64,000 bases of DNA from a virus, in IMG/VR virus record IMGVR_UViG_3300031918_000005, positions 103,486 to 167,485 of that record; one strand, written 5' to 3'. The notes beneath the pieces are model-generated. The model had not been told where the DNA came from and searched no databases. It saw only the letters and a list, made by a program, of their open reading frames with translations. Made by a program: the position numbers and the translations under genes. Within the stretch, counting starts at the first letter, position 1, and the number at the start of each line of letters is the position of its first letter. Shown piece by piece: positions 10,122 to 20,433 of the stretch.

Positions 10122-10301
10122 TTAGTCTTTAAATGCTATTATCATAGTACCTAAAAGTCCTAGCCCTAACCCTAAATACCCAACAAAAGGAACTTGAGCG
10201 GTCAATGAATAAGTTCCAATAAATGCGGAACATGTTAAAAGTGCTGTACCAATTTTAACCCATTTAGGGCTAGTTGGTTGGTTGATGTTTGTTAGTTTCA
10301 T
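10122..10301 (-). CDS. small two-TM membrane protein, putative holin (59 aa), missing from the ORF track
   Basis: MKLTNINQPTSPKWVKIGTALLTCSAFIGTYSLTAQVPFVGYLGLGLGLLGTMIIAFKD. Confidence 0.6.
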   Translation of the reverse strand: MKLTNINQPTSPKWVKIGTALLTCSAFIGTYSLTAQVPFVGYLGLGLGLLGTMIIAFKD

Positions 10302-10325
10302 AATCTAATAAATTTTAATTATTTA

Positions 10326-10730
10326 TTAATCTATAATTTTAATTTTATATGACAGATAAATAATTTCAACTATATCAGTGTTATTATTGGTTATTTTGAT
10401 AGAACCTTTTGTAAAAAATAAATGTTGGGCAATAAACAATTCGGTTGTTGTTGAGTTTTCAACTTTAATTGGTAAAGAATCTTTTACAAATATACAAAAA
10501 TTGTCTGATGTTATTTCAATAAATTCTGATGGATTTATTTTTGTAACAATTTTGTTAACTTCTCCATCAATGTTTAATTTAAAATCGCCTAAATAAATAT
10601 TATTACCTGATTGATTATAAGTGATAGATTCACCAAGAAATTCAAGTATATTTTTACTTTTTAAGATTTTCTTGTCGTATTGTATAAGTTCGCTTGGTTT
10701 TTCGTTACCAGTTATTACTTTACCGCCCAT
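10326..10730 (-). CDS. hypothetical protein
   Basis: 134-aa ORF, beta-rich. Confidence 0.55.
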   Translation of the reverse strand: MGGKVITGNEKPSELIQYDKKILKSKNILEFLGESITYNQSGNNIYLGDFKLNIDGEVNKIVTKINPSEFIEITSDNFCIFVKDSLPIKVENSTTTELFIAQHLFFTKGSIKITNNNTDIVEIIYLSYKIKIID

Positions 10731-10736
10731 AATATA

Positions 10737-12740
10737 TTAAATTGAATGTATTTCACAAGAACCACCTGAACAAGCAGATTCTCTCGTGGTTTCTTTATTT
10801 ATTGAAACGCCAACTTTTGATAAATCAATATCTTCAGGTATCATACTAATCATATATTCATATTGTTCTTTGTCGATTTTTTCAAAAGGTGTTTGTTGAT
10901 AAGTATTATCGATTTTAGGTAATAATGTAAGACCAGCACAATCTTTTCTGTTTTCCCAAATCCAATTAATAACTTCATCAACATCTTTGTTGTCAACAGA
11001 TACTGTTGCGGAAACATTATTGTAAGAAGAACCTTTATGATGTCCGTTTCTTATCCAATTGATATTATATCTTTTGATACGCTCAAGAAGTTCTATTGGT
11101 GATTCATTTTCTGTGATACAATTATCATCACTTTTCATAGGTAAAGATAACACCAATTTAGTTTTATCAAGCAAATCATCTTCAATAAAATCTGGCATTA
11201 CTTCTTTCAGATATTTTGCAATCGGCTGTGCCTTTTGAATTCTGATTCTTCTAGTATAATATTCAGCAAATGCAGAATGTACACCAGCACCAAATGCTTC
11301 AGCAACCAATGTTGTAGAGCCTTCAGGTTTTATACAAGTAACTCTATCAGCTGGATTTATACCAATAAGATTGGCAATTCTTTCATTTTCTTCTACTGCG
11401 CATTTTGCAGCTTGAGCCTCATCAAGATTTTCAATCTTACGACCAGCAATACCAGTTATTGAAACACCAAGTAATGCTTGTTTTTCAGCTTTTTCTTTCC
11501 AAGAATATCTAATATAATGAAAATCAGTAAATCCAGCTTGTAAAGTACCAAAGAAAGCAGCGATTTTTGAACGAATATCAAAATCTTCTTGAGATTCTAT
11601 ATTATAAGCATTAATTGTTGTTAAGTTACAGAATGACTCCGATTCAAAAACGATTTCACCACAAGGATTCGATAAAACATTATCTTCATTTGTGAACAGT
11701 ATTCCAGGCTCTCCAGTACCGTTTGTGATTGATTTTTTCATCACAGTTTTGAATTCATTTTCTGTGATATTATCATATCTTTCAGAAATAGAATTGTTAG
11801 ACATTGCTCTGTGTGGATAAACATGATACCATTGAATTTTATTGTATCTTAATAGAGCAATGTCTTCAACACTAACAGAGCTTATGCTTACTTCATGAGT
11901 TAAACCATCTTTTGTTATAATTTCATAAACGTTATTACCGTTTTCTTCTCTCAAGTATTTGTGAGATTTGAATTCAATTACTGATTTTGCATCAATAATA
12001 GTACTATCTTTATCAGCAAAAACAATGATAGCAGCCGAACGAATACCACCTGATACAACTGAATAAGCAATGATATCAACTATATCAAGACATTCTATAT
12101 CTGTTAATTGTCTTCCAATTGCATTTTTAAGAATAATATCAATTTTTGTTATAGCCCATTGAAGCTTCTCACTTCCAGGAGCTTGACATTGTAGTTTTTT
12201 GATTAAAGAACCTTTTGGTCTGATATCAGAGAAATCAAAGGTAGGATAATTATTTCCTCTGAAATAAGAATACATCAAAATTCTTATTGCATCAGACCAT
12301 CCCTCAACACTGTCAGAAATTCTGAATTTTTTTGGTGATGATGGTTGGATTACTGGAGGTAATTTGTTGATACATCTTTTTTTCAATGACACACCAACAC
12401 CACAACCCGATAGAGATAAAAACATAATTTCTGAAAAAACTTTAATATTGTCAAGTTCAATACCTGAACAATTATACATTCTCGCATGGTTGTTTTCAAT
12501 TGGAATACCAGAATACTGTAATGCTCTCATCGATGGAAAGACTTTTTTATTTTTTATAAACTGACCGTTTGAAATTATTTCATCTTCTAAATTTGGATAT
12601 TGCCTTACCATCATCTGTAAGTATTCGTCAACTATTTCTACCCAATTCATTTTTCTTTGTGGATTGCCTAATTCTTCTTTTATTCGTGAATACTTCGTGA
12701 ATACAACAATATCCGATAGTAATTGGTCTGGTTTAATCAT
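10737..12740 (-). CDS. nrdJ: class II (adenosylcobalamin-dependent) ribonucleotide reductase
   Basis: YNCS, GGIRSAA, NPCGE, TCIKPEGS, C-terminal CSGGSCEI. Confidence 0.9.
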   Translation of the reverse strand: MIKPDQLLSDIVVFTKYSRIKEELGNPQRKMNWVEIVDEYLQMMVRQYPNLEDEIISNGQFIKNKKVFPSMRALQYSGIPIENNHARMYNCSGIELDNIKVFSEIMFLSLSGCGVGVSLKKRCINKLPPVIQPSSPKKFRISDSVEGWSDAIRILMYSYFRGNNYPTFDFSDIRPKGSLIKKLQCQAPGSEKLQWAITKIDIILKNAIGRQLTDIECLDIVDIIAYSVVSGGIRSAAIIVFADKDSTIIDAKSVIEFKSHKYLREENGNNVYEIITKDGLTHEVSISSVSVEDIALLRYNKIQWYHVYPHRAMSNNSISERYDNITENEFKTVMKKSITNGTGEPGILFTNEDNVLSNPCGEIVFESESFCNLTTINAYNIESQEDFDIRSKIAAFFGTLQAGFTDFHYIRYSWKEKAEKQALLGVSITGIAGRKIENLDEAQAAKCAVEENERIANLIGINPADRVTCIKPEGSTTLVAEAFGAGVHSAFAEYYTRRIRIQKAQPIAKYLKEVMPDFIEDDLLDKTKLVLSLPMKSDDNCITENESPIELLERIKRYNINWIRNGHHKGSSYNNVSATVSVDNKDVDEVINWIWENRKDCAGLTLLPKIDNTYQQTPFEKIDKEQYEYMISMIPEDIDLSKVGVSINKETTRESACSGGSCEIHSI

Positions 12741-12820
12741 CTTGTAATATTTTATTGTTTAAATTATATTTATATAGCTATACGCAAATAGCTCAAGTTA
12801 TTTATATTAGAAACAGATTT

Positions 12821-12893
12821 TTGACAGATATTAGAAATCCTTTGATTGAATATTGGTTTATATACATATTAAGATTTATTAAATATCTGTCAA
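12821..12893. promoter_or_regulatory. 12-bp inverted repeat containing TTGACA in the divergent intergenic region
   Basis: ttgacagatatt (12821-12832) and aatatctgtcaa (12882-12893). Confidence 0.5.
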
Positions 12894-13094
12894 TTTATTA
12901 ATATTGTACATTATATTAATGCTAGTTTATATCTTATGTTTGAACAGTATATAAAGTATCAAATCTAAACAAAGATTATATATTTGTTATTATTATGTCA
13001 GTATTAACACATACATCATATTGAAAACAAGAACACAATCAATATGATAATAAAAATAGGTATATCCTATAAATAATTAGGATTAGAGCAACAT

Positions 13095-14870
13095 ATGGTC
13101 AATACAACAACAAAACAATTATCAATACCTCGAAGCTATATCTTAAATGATAAGCTCGAAGATAATTTATTAATATTTGTTTTAAAACTGAAATCAGAAT
13201 TTGAAAATGGGAACTTTTCAATATATGATATCCCGACATTACACAAAAAGTTGGGATATAATCAAGATATTTGTTTAAATCTTTTAAACAAATCTTTCAG
13301 ATATAATTTCTTGGCTGAAATTAACACAGATATCGATTTCAGTTCTTTGAATGACTTCAGATTGTTAATGAAGGATTACACACAATTATTCTTAGAAGCA
13401 CACAATATAAAAAAATATTCTGATTTATCAGAGGTGTCTTCCTTTTTATTAGAGTGTGATTCGGTATTAAACAATTTTAATTACAGAGAATATTTACGGA
13501 AAGCCTTCAATGTGGTTTCCTTGATTTTAAAGAGATACACAAGAGCAGACTTATACATAAATACTTTTATAAAGCTTTCAAATTCATCAATTTCTATAGA
13601 AAGCCAAAAAACACAACTTGATACAATATTATCAACAACTTCGAACATAATAATTTATTTGAAGTCAGATATTGTGTTGAGAAGAAAGTTATCATTTTCT
13701 GAATCACATCTTAAGAATCAATTTAATATTATTATGTCAACATATGATAATATCAATATTGAAAAATCAGGTAATAACAGACTTAATAACAACAACAGAA
13801 AATTAATCAAAAATATTAGGAGATATAATTTGTTTTGTATACAGAACAAGGAATTATTAAAAAAAGTTAATAATTATAACAATTTAAAACTGTTTTTTAA
13901 TAATGAAAAATCTCTCAACATAAAAATAAATTCCTTCAGACCAAAACTTGAGCAACTCAAAGATAAAATTCCAGTAAGTCTTAAAGATAAAGAAAATTTA
14001 AGTCTATCAATAAGCCAATTTGAATGGTTACAACTCAAGGATTACAATACAGTTAAAAATTTATTCATAAAGCCTGAAATAAATTACAAAGTAGACTTGG
14101 ACTTTATAAAAAACAATACTTTCCACACAATAAAAAGAAAATTGGTAGAACTTAGAATATTATATTTGGTTGAACATGAATCAAAGGGTATTTCTTATAC
14201 CGAACTTTCTAATTGTTGTAGATTAAGCAGGTCAAAGATTGTTGAGCTGGTTAATGAAATGGTTAAATCCAAAAAGATATTCAAGAATCATTTCGAAAGT
14301 ATATTAATGGGTTCATGTAGCGATAAATCAACACCAATAAACAATTTATGTTTTATACATAATGGTAATGTTTACATGAAACCAAAAAATGAATATGATG
14401 TTCTTGAAAAACCAGCACATTCATGGCAAACATCAAAAAAAATCAATATAAAATATTCAACAAACAAAAGACTTATTAATATTTCGGCTGAAAATCCTTT
14501 CAAAGAATTGATTAACAAACTTCAAAAATTCCATGATAAAAATATTGATAGGATAGAACATTTCAAAATCAGAACAAACAACAGAACAGCATATATCTAT
14601 GTTAATTTCAAAGGTACTCACTTTGAAATTTATAAATCAACAAAAAATACTTATTATAGAAATTTAATAAATGGTACACATGTAGAGGATTACATGTTAT
14701 ACAAGTTTTTAGGCAAAAATTCAAATGTGATAATGTACAGTACACTAGATTACGAGTCAGTAAAGTTTGACACAAGCCATGAAAATTTTATATCAAAAAT
14801 TTTTAATAAGAGAAGTGATAGTTATTTCTTTGGAGAAAAGAAATTTGAATTATTGTATAATCAGCGATAA
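13095..14870 (+). CDS. large basic hypothetical protein with a wHTH-like segment
   Basis: 591 aa; ISYTELSNCCRLSRSKIVELVNEMVKSK; flanked by long non-coding regions. Confidence 0.6.
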   Translation: MVNTTTKQLSIPRSYILNDKLEDNLLIFVLKLKSEFENGNFSIYDIPTLHKKLGYNQDICLNLLNKSFRYNFLAEINTDIDFSSLNDFRLLMKDYTQLFLEAHNIKKYSDLSEVSSFLLECDSVLNNFNYREYLRKAFNVVSLILKRYTRADLYINTFIKLSNSSISIESQKTQLDTILSTTSNIIIYLKSDIVLRRKLSFSESHLKNQFNIIMSTYDNINIEKSGNNRLNNNNRKLIKNIRRYNLFCIQNKELLKKVNNYNNLKLFFNNEKSLNIKINSFRPKLEQLKDKIPVSLKDKENLSLSISQFEWLQLKDYNTVKNLFIKPEINYKVDLDFIKNNTFHTIKRKLVELRILYLVEHESKGISYTELSNCCRLSRSKIVELVNEMVKSKKIFKNHFESILMGSCSDKSTPINNLCFIHNGNVYMKPKNEYDVLEKPAHSWQTSKKINIKYSTNKRLINISAENPFKELINKLQKFHDKNIDRIEHFKIRTNNRTAYIYVNFKGTHFEIYKSTKNTYYRNLINGTHVEDYMLYKFLGKNSNVIMYSTLDYESVKFDTSHENFISKIFNKRSDSYFFGEKKFELLYNQR

Positions 14871-15316
14871 TTTACAATAATTATCTTTAAAATATAGAGA
14901 ATTTATAATTTAATCGGTTGTATTTTTTCTAAAATCTATATTTTTTCGGAAATATCAATAAACATAAATTTGATATGTGAATGAATTGAATTCAAATCCT
15001 ATAAGTTTACGGAAATCCTACAATAACATGATATGTTTTAAAAGTATACACACAGCACAACTATTAATGCCACCTTTTCCAAAAAATCATTGTCTGAATA
15101 CAGACAACCACTTCGTTTGATTTTTTTTCTAAAGGTAACACTTCATTGTCCTATGTGACTGGCTCACTTCGTGAAGGTTTAAAGTAAATTACAAATGTTT
15201 CGGCTACGCCTAACATAAGGGATAAATATTGGATGATTTCTAATAACTTAAAATACATAAAATATTAATATAAGCATGATGTCAAAAGTGTAAATAATTA
15301 AAATAGAATTAAGGTT

Positions 15317-16945
15317 ATGAAGATTGACAAAAAACTTTTATCAGGTCAAGAACTTATTATAAAGATAGGGAAGATTGAGTACCCTATTTCCGAATTTGTT
15401 TGTGTACTTAATGCACATTTTATAACCTTTTCCGATTTATCGGTTTGGTTTTCTATATCGAAGGATGATAAAACTTATACTGATTGGGAATTAATATTGG
15501 AATCCGATTGGTTTGAAAGCTTAACTACTAATATACCTCTTTTCATAAAATTAAAGCTTTCCTATACTTCTGTTGTTGAAAGTTCTATAACAATAAGTGA
15601 CATAACATTAACCCAAACAAGACCAAAAACCATAATTGCTGTACAAGGTGAATCAATAGCTCTTTCAGCAGTAACAGAAGAAAGTCTTATGAATTATGCC
15701 GAAATGGGAGAAGGTCTTGTAAAATTAGAAACAGACCTTAATTATTATTTGAATAAACATAATGGTATTGAGGTTGATTATTTCCACACAAATCCTGATG
15801 TTGAAACAAAAGATGATTTTTTAAAGGAATATTCATTATATAATGTTGTTGATAGAAAGGTTGTTAAAGTTGTTGTAACAGATAATAAAACTCCTATACC
15901 AAAACATGAATTTTCTCAATGGGGTATAGAATTCGAAAAACTTGAAATTTATTTTGAAAAAACATACTTTGAAGAGGAATTTGGAATTAATGAAGCACCA
16001 AAACCATATGATTACATATATTTCCGAGAGCTTAATAGAATGTATTATATTGAAGATATGTACTTGGAGCATGGAATAAACGAAGTCGGTACATATCATG
16101 TTTGTGTTATTAAGAAATATGAAGACATTTCTGCAGTTGCTAAAGATGAAGATTCACTTGATTTCTTGAAGGAACATATTGATGTTTTGGAATTCACTGA
16201 TGAACAAAAAAATGAAATAAAAGATACTTATAACCCACAACAAAACATTGAAAAAGATATAATTTATGATAATGTCAGAACCCTTGTTTCTGAAAAAGTT
16301 ATTATAACTAAAGATATGTTTGACTTCAAATCTGGTATTATAAGTAAATATTTTTATGATATGCTTGATACCACTTCGGAAATTATTTATAAACCATTGG
16401 TTAATCTTGACTTTAATTCAGGTATGTCAATAATGTTTTGGATAAGACCTATAATAACTGATGCTGGTAAACCAAATGAAGCAAAACTTGCTGGTAAATT
16501 ATTATCTATTGGGGGTAATTTTGATTTATATGTTAATGATGACACAAAAGATAATAATTTCAATTTACCTCAATCATATAATGGATTCTATTGTGTTGTT
16601 GTTTCTATTAATAATCAATTTAATATAATGTCGAAATTTGTTTATGAAATGGCAGAAAACGGTCTTGAAAGAATTGATTACTCCAGTATTGTTCTTGGTG
16701 GTTCTGTAATCCTGAATGAATCTATAATGAAACTCCACGCTGGAAATTATAATATAAGATGTGTTAGATTGAGTAATTATGTTATACAAGACCAATATCA
16801 TCAATATATAATGCTAGCTAAAAACATTAAAAAAGCTTCAGCATTTACTATAATAGATGATTGTGAACCTATCACAAATTTAAGAAAAATCAAAAAATCA
16901 GTATTTCCTAATATTAATAGAGAAACATTTGGTGATGTTATATAA
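15317..16945 (+). CDS. neck/head-completion protein (gp14-like) with extra N- and C-terminal domains
   Basis: GIEVDYF...DDFLKEY...FSQWGIE...PKPYDYIYF...RMYYI; C-terminal LamG-like MSIMFWIRP. Confidence 0.55.
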   Translation: MKIDKKLLSGQELIIKIGKIEYPISEFVCVLNAHFITFSDLSVWFSISKDDKTYTDWELILESDWFESLTTNIPLFIKLKLSYTSVVESSITISDITLTQTRPKTIIAVQGESIALSAVTEESLMNYAEMGEGLVKLETDLNYYLNKHNGIEVDYFHTNPDVETKDDFLKEYSLYNVVDRKVVKVVVTDNKTPIPKHEFSQWGIEFEKLEIYFEKTYFEEEFGINEAPKPYDYIYFRELNRMYYIEDMYLEHGINEVGTYHVCVIKKYEDISAVAKDEDSLDFLKEHIDVLEFTDEQKNEIKDTYNPQQNIEKDIIYDNVRTLVSEKVIITKDMFDFKSGIISKYFYDMLDTTSEIIYKPLVNLDFNSGMSIMFWIRPIITDAGKPNEAKLAGKLLSIGGNFDLYVNDDTKDNNFNLPQSYNGFYCVVVSINNQFNIMSKFVYEMAENGLERIDYSSIVLGGSVILNESIMKLHAGNYNIRCVRLSNYVIQDQYHQYIMLAKNIKKASAFTIIDDCEPITNLRKIKKSVFPNINRETFGDVI

Positions 16946-17023
16946 TAAAAAAATGTATTCCCTGATAAAGATGATGTATTTTCCTTAAATTCAAAATATA
17001 CAAACAATATTAAAACAAATAAA

Positions 17024-17386
17024 ATGCAAGCAAAAATCAAAAAATTACAAGCCGTTATAACTGGACTTATTATTATATTATTGATATGTGTAACAATATT
17101 AGTGCTTTCAACAATCGATAATAAATCTCATGAAGCCAATATTGAAGCCAACAAAATTGAAATATTAAAAAGAGATTCCGTTATCGGGGTTTATAGAAAT
17201 AGGAATGATTCAATTGACATTCTTGTATTGAAGTATAAGAATAAAGTTGATAGCCTTCAAAAAGTAAAGAAAGTCATTTTGGATATACCAACAAAACAAA
17301 CTTCTAAAAATGTTGAAGAAGCCTATAATGAAATGATTAAAGAATTAAACAAATATAAACTTGAAACAAATGAAAACGATAAGTAA
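17024..17386 (+). CDS. membrane-anchored coiled-coil protein, putative spanin-like lysis protein
   Basis: N-terminal TM plus coiled coil with DS repeats; overlaps the next gene. Confidence 0.45.
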   Translation: MQAKIKKLQAVITGLIIILLICVTILVLSTIDNKSHEANIEANKIEILKRDSVIGVYRNRNDSIDILVLKYKNKVDSLQKVKKVILDIPTKQTSKNVEEAYNEMIKELNKYKLETNENDK

Positions 17387-17783
17387 ATTATTAATTTTAT
17401 TTATATGCCTAATTACCGTTCAATCGATTTTTTCACAAGAACAAAAATGTGATAGTATAAAAAATGTTAATATATCCATGTGTGATATGGATAATATTAC
17501 ATCAGCTTTCAGAGAAAGAACGAAATATAAACAACTTAATGTTATTAATGATTCTATTATTATTGCTCAATCCGTTGTTATTGTTAATACCACTGAAAAA
17601 TTGAAAAATGATTCAATAATGATGGCTAATTACCAAAAAAATGAACTTGATTTGAAATCTATTGTTGTTGATCAAGATTTCATTATCACCAAAGAAAAAA
17701 AGAAAGTTAAAGTTTGGAAATATACTTCTTATGGTTTTGGAATTCTTGCAGGTATTTTTGGTATTGTAGCATATATAAAATAA
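17361..17783 (+). CDS. secreted/membrane coiled-coil protein, putative spanin partner
   Basis: signal peptide ending SIFS-Q, coiled coil, C-terminal TM GFGILAGIFGIVAY. Confidence 0.45.
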   Translation: MKQMKTISKLLILFICLITVQSIFSQEQKCDSIKNVNISMCDMDNITSAFRERTKYKQLNVINDSIIIAQSVVIVNTTEKLKNDSIMMANYQKNELDLKSIVVDQDFIITKEKKKVKVWKYTSYGFGILAGIFGIVAYIK

Positions 17784-17789
17784 TTAATA

Positions 17790-19142
17790 ATGAGCAAGTT
17801 AGACAACATTTCTCCGATAGATAGTAGATATAACAAACAACACATCATAAGAAATTTATGCTCTTATAAAAACCAACTACAGTCAAAGGTGACAGTTGAA
17901 CTTAGTTGGTTTTTCCATTTATGTAAAGAATATGGATTTGAAATAAAAGATGGTGAATTTATTGAATTAACAAATCGTTCAGTTAATGAAATTAATCATG
18001 TTATTGAAATTGAAAAATCAACTAAACATGATATAAAAGCCATTGAATATTATATTCGTGAAATCGTATTTACATCTGAATTCTTTAATAGACACACAGA
18101 AGAAGAAAAGGTAAAAATTTTAAATCTTATACATTTTGGTCTTACAAGCCAAGATATAGTTAGTTTAGCAACAAATTTATTGTTTTATAAAATATCTCAA
18201 GTTTTCATATGTGGTATAAATGATGTTATATCACATATGAAAACGATATTTTCCGAAAACAATGTTTTGATGGTTGGTTATACTCATGGTCAACCAGCAA
18301 TACCAATTAATTCCAGTCTTATATATCATAATTATCGTGAAAGACTGGAAGCATTAATTACAAAACTTGAAAATATACAACCGAGAGCAAAATTTGGTGG
18401 AGCTATTGGTGATAATTCTTCTTTAAAGCTTGTTGGTGTTATTGATATTGAGGAAATTATGGATTCATTCATTAATGAATATGATTATTCCAAAAATTTT
18501 ATCCGCTCAAAAAACACAACACAAATAGATAATTGGGTATATCTTGTTGATTTATTGAAAGAATATCTTCAAATATCTTCAATATTTATTGATTTATGTC
18601 GTGATATTTGGCATTATTGTTCAATAAATTATTTGGTACAAAAGAAAGATGATAAACAAATAGGTTCATCAACTATGGTTCAAAAAACCAATCCAATAAA
18701 TTTTGAAAATTGTGAAGGTATAATGGAAAAATTGGAATCTGATTTTTCATTTTATATTAAGAAATTTTCAAAATCTAGATTACAAAGAGATTTATCCGAT
18801 TCTGTTGTAATCAGAATGGTTTTTGAAAGTTTCGCAATGTTCAATACTGGTATGATTTCATTTTCTAGAGGATTATCCAATATTGAATTTAACACCGAAA
18901 AAATAACTTCTGAATTGAACAATCATTATGAAATATCAACAGAATATATTCAATTATTTTTAAAATATAACGGTGTTGATATGGCTTACGAGCTTGTTAA
19001 AGAAAAACTTGAAATTATACCTTTGACAAATCGTGAAAGTTATGTTAAATTTATTGATTCTCTTATTGATGAGAGAATCATAACTGAAGAAATGTATTAT
19101 GAAATGATGGAATTTAATTTATCACATTATAAAAACTCATGA
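17790..19142 (+). CDS. purB: adenylosuccinate lyase
   Basis: ISPIDSRY, TKHDIKAIEY, IHFGLTSQD, THGQPA, GSSTMVQKTNPINFEN, SRLQRDLSDS. Confidence 0.93.
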   Translation: MSKLDNISPIDSRYNKQHIIRNLCSYKNQLQSKVTVELSWFFHLCKEYGFEIKDGEFIELTNRSVNEINHVIEIEKSTKHDIKAIEYYIREIVFTSEFFNRHTEEEKVKILNLIHFGLTSQDIVSLATNLLFYKISQVFICGINDVISHMKTIFSENNVLMVGYTHGQPAIPINSSLIYHNYRERLEALITKLENIQPRAKFGGAIGDNSSLKLVGVIDIEEIMDSFINEYDYSKNFIRSKNTTQIDNWVYLVDLLKEYLQISSIFIDLCRDIWHYCSINYLVQKKDDKQIGSSTMVQKTNPINFENCEGIMEKLESDFSFYIKKFSKSRLQRDLSDSVVIRMVFESFAMFNTGMISFSRGLSNIEFNTEKITSELNNHYEISTEYIQLFLKYNGVDMAYELVKEKLEIIPLTNRESYVKFIDSLIDERIITEEMYYEMMEFNLSHYKNS

Positions 19143-19180
19143 TATAATACATTTTTATTTCTTAAATAAAATAAAAGTTT

Positions 19181-19879
19181 ATGCTTATACAAAAAGCGAT
19201 ATCGCCTATAGCATATTATTCGATTGAATCTAGACAAGAAATTGAAATCGAAGGTGAAAAAATTATTGATTTCACATCCCAAGTGTTTTCTGAAAAGAAA
19301 TTAGTGGGATTTAATGATGCTGGTGCTTCATCAATATCATCAGAATTTGAAGGTAAACCAAACCTTGTATCTATGGCATTATATAACGATCAAAATTCTG
19401 CAGATATCATGATGTTTTATAATGAAATAAGCAATCCCTTTTCTATTTCATCAGATATGATAATCCTTATGCCATCAATATCTGATGGTATATCTGCTAT
19501 TGATTCCCAAACATCATCTGTTCAGAAAAATAAAAAAAATAAATCACAAATAGAATTTAATAAAAAAATTAATGTACAAGATAAAAAGAGAATAATGGAA
19601 CTTATTAAACAAAATAATAATTCTATTACTATTCCTAATACCGATGCAGGTATAAATGATGCTGGCATTAACTCAAATGGTGAAGTAGCTACTTTTGATG
19701 ATTTTATAAAATCACCTAATATGACAACTGAAGACCAACTGAAGATTGTGGATGGTAAAGTTATTTTGGGTGCTAATATTTCAAATCGTCGTTGTAGCGA
19801 CAAAGCCACGAAAACACAGGGTTTATCAATTTCTATAAGACAATCCATTCTTGACAAAATAAAATCGGGTGAAATTTAG
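19181..19879 (+). CDS. baseplate wedge protein (gp53-like, LysM-type)
   Basis: KPNLVSMALYND...MFYNEISNPFSI...ILMP. Confidence 0.6.
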   Translation: MLIQKAISPIAYYSIESRQEIEIEGEKIIDFTSQVFSEKKLVGFNDAGASSISSEFEGKPNLVSMALYNDQNSADIMMFYNEISNPFSISSDMIILMPSISDGISAIDSQTSSVQKNKKNKSQIEFNKKINVQDKKRIMELIKQNNNSITIPNTDAGINDAGINSNGEVATFDDFIKSPNMTTEDQLKIVDGKVILGANISNRRCSDKATKTQGLSISIRQSILDKIKSGEI

Positions 19880-20328
19880 TATTCTTTCGGTTTTTCTTCT
19901 TCAACTTTATAATATTCCATTAGAATCTTCTTCAGTGATTTTCTTAATTCATTAATGTCATAATTGTTTACCATTATATCAATTAATTTTTCACTATTGA
20001 TTTCATCTTTGAAAGTTTCCTCAACAAATCCAAAAGTTTTTTTATCAAATACTGATAAAGTTATGTTTTTTTGCATAGAATTTTTCTGTTTTCTAGATAA
20101 TATATCTTGAACAGTTTTTTCTACTTCTGATTTTGGTTTGCTTATTGATTGTAATATAGTGTTATTTTGTGAATTTTTATTAGGTTTCAAATCGACATTT
20201 TGTAAATAAACTTTTGATTCACCATCAGTCACAGCAACATCTTTTGTTCCTTTCACTATTGCTTCTAATTCAGGGTCAAACAATTCAAAATCTTTAGATT
20301 CAATTTCTTCAATTCCATCTTTAGTCAT
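19876..20328 (-). CDS. hypothetical protein
   Basis: 150-aa ORF. Confidence 0.55.
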   Translation of the reverse strand: MTKDGIEEIESKDFELFDPELEAIVKGTKDVAVTDGESKVYLQNVDLKPNKNSQNNTILQSISKPKSEVEKTVQDILSRKQKNSMQKNITLSVFDKKTFGFVEETFKDEINSEKLIDIMVNNYDINELRKSLKKILMEYYKVEEEKPKEY

Positions 20329-20433
20329 AATAATATTATTTAATATTTATAATTTTTTATAAATTTAAAAAATTGATATTTTCATATATTGATACAAATT
20401 TATTGTGTTGAATATAAATATATAAAACATATT

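Noticed and set aside
14871-15316. tRNA or self-splicing intron in the long intergenic regions
   Set aside because: No cloverleaf or T-loop consensus and no group I/II core could be recognised by eye.
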